Source: Candidatus Omnitrophota bacterium (GTDB lineage: Bacteria; Omnitrophota; Gorgyraeia; Zapsychrales; Fredricksoniimonadaceae). Taken from it: a stretch of 64,000 nucleotides of DNA. Numbering within the stretch: the stretch's first letter is position 1. The stretch is not shown here. The text below holds more notes on this DNA, generated by a model that was not told the DNA's origin, searched no databases, and saw only the letters and a list, made by a program, of their open reading frames with translations. Where the stretch lies: assembly GCA_016201795.1 (NCBI GenBank), contig JACQCF010000010.1, forward strand, positions 79,095 through 143,094, in the 5' to 3' direction.

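Noticed and set aside
8851-64000. Splitting the giant ORF into several tandem genes at internal Met/SD sites (for example 36903, 37372)
   Set aside because: No in-frame stop separates any candidate units. Retained only as a hypothesis of internal initiation or ancestral fusion (see findings), not as separate features.

Overview
The window has a 5'-partial gene for a large Cys-rich secreted protein followed by Tad/Flp-pilus-like genes (TadE-like pseudopilin, TadB-like, TadC-like). Next comes an AAA+ (DUF4143) ATPase cassette bounded by 31-bp direct repeats. A PurR-like wHTH-PRTase regulator gene with a consensus promoter and palindromic operator follows, then a RelE/ParE-AbrB/MazE toxin-antitoxin pair. 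From 8851 to the window end (over 55 kb, at least 18,383 codons, 3'-partial) there is a single uninterrupted open reading frame on the + strand. It carries many embedded enzyme-like modules: a C39/papain-like peptidase, a P-loop/DEAD helicase-like ATPase, a SAM-methyltransferase, a GT2 glycosyltransferase with a TM cluster, a guanylate-kinase-like module and a HAD-IIB phosphatase-like module. It also carries low-complexity linkers and TPR-like repeats. About 85-95 bp compound palindromic (MITE/RPE-like) elements occur four times: two intergenic/5'-leader copies and two inserted in-frame inside the giant ORF. No rRNA, tRNA or CRISPR array was recognised. The giant ORF is open across the stretches translated codon by codon; over the rest of its length openness is inferred from the provided ORF track, which reports no frame-1 + strand ORF terminating in the window after 8851.
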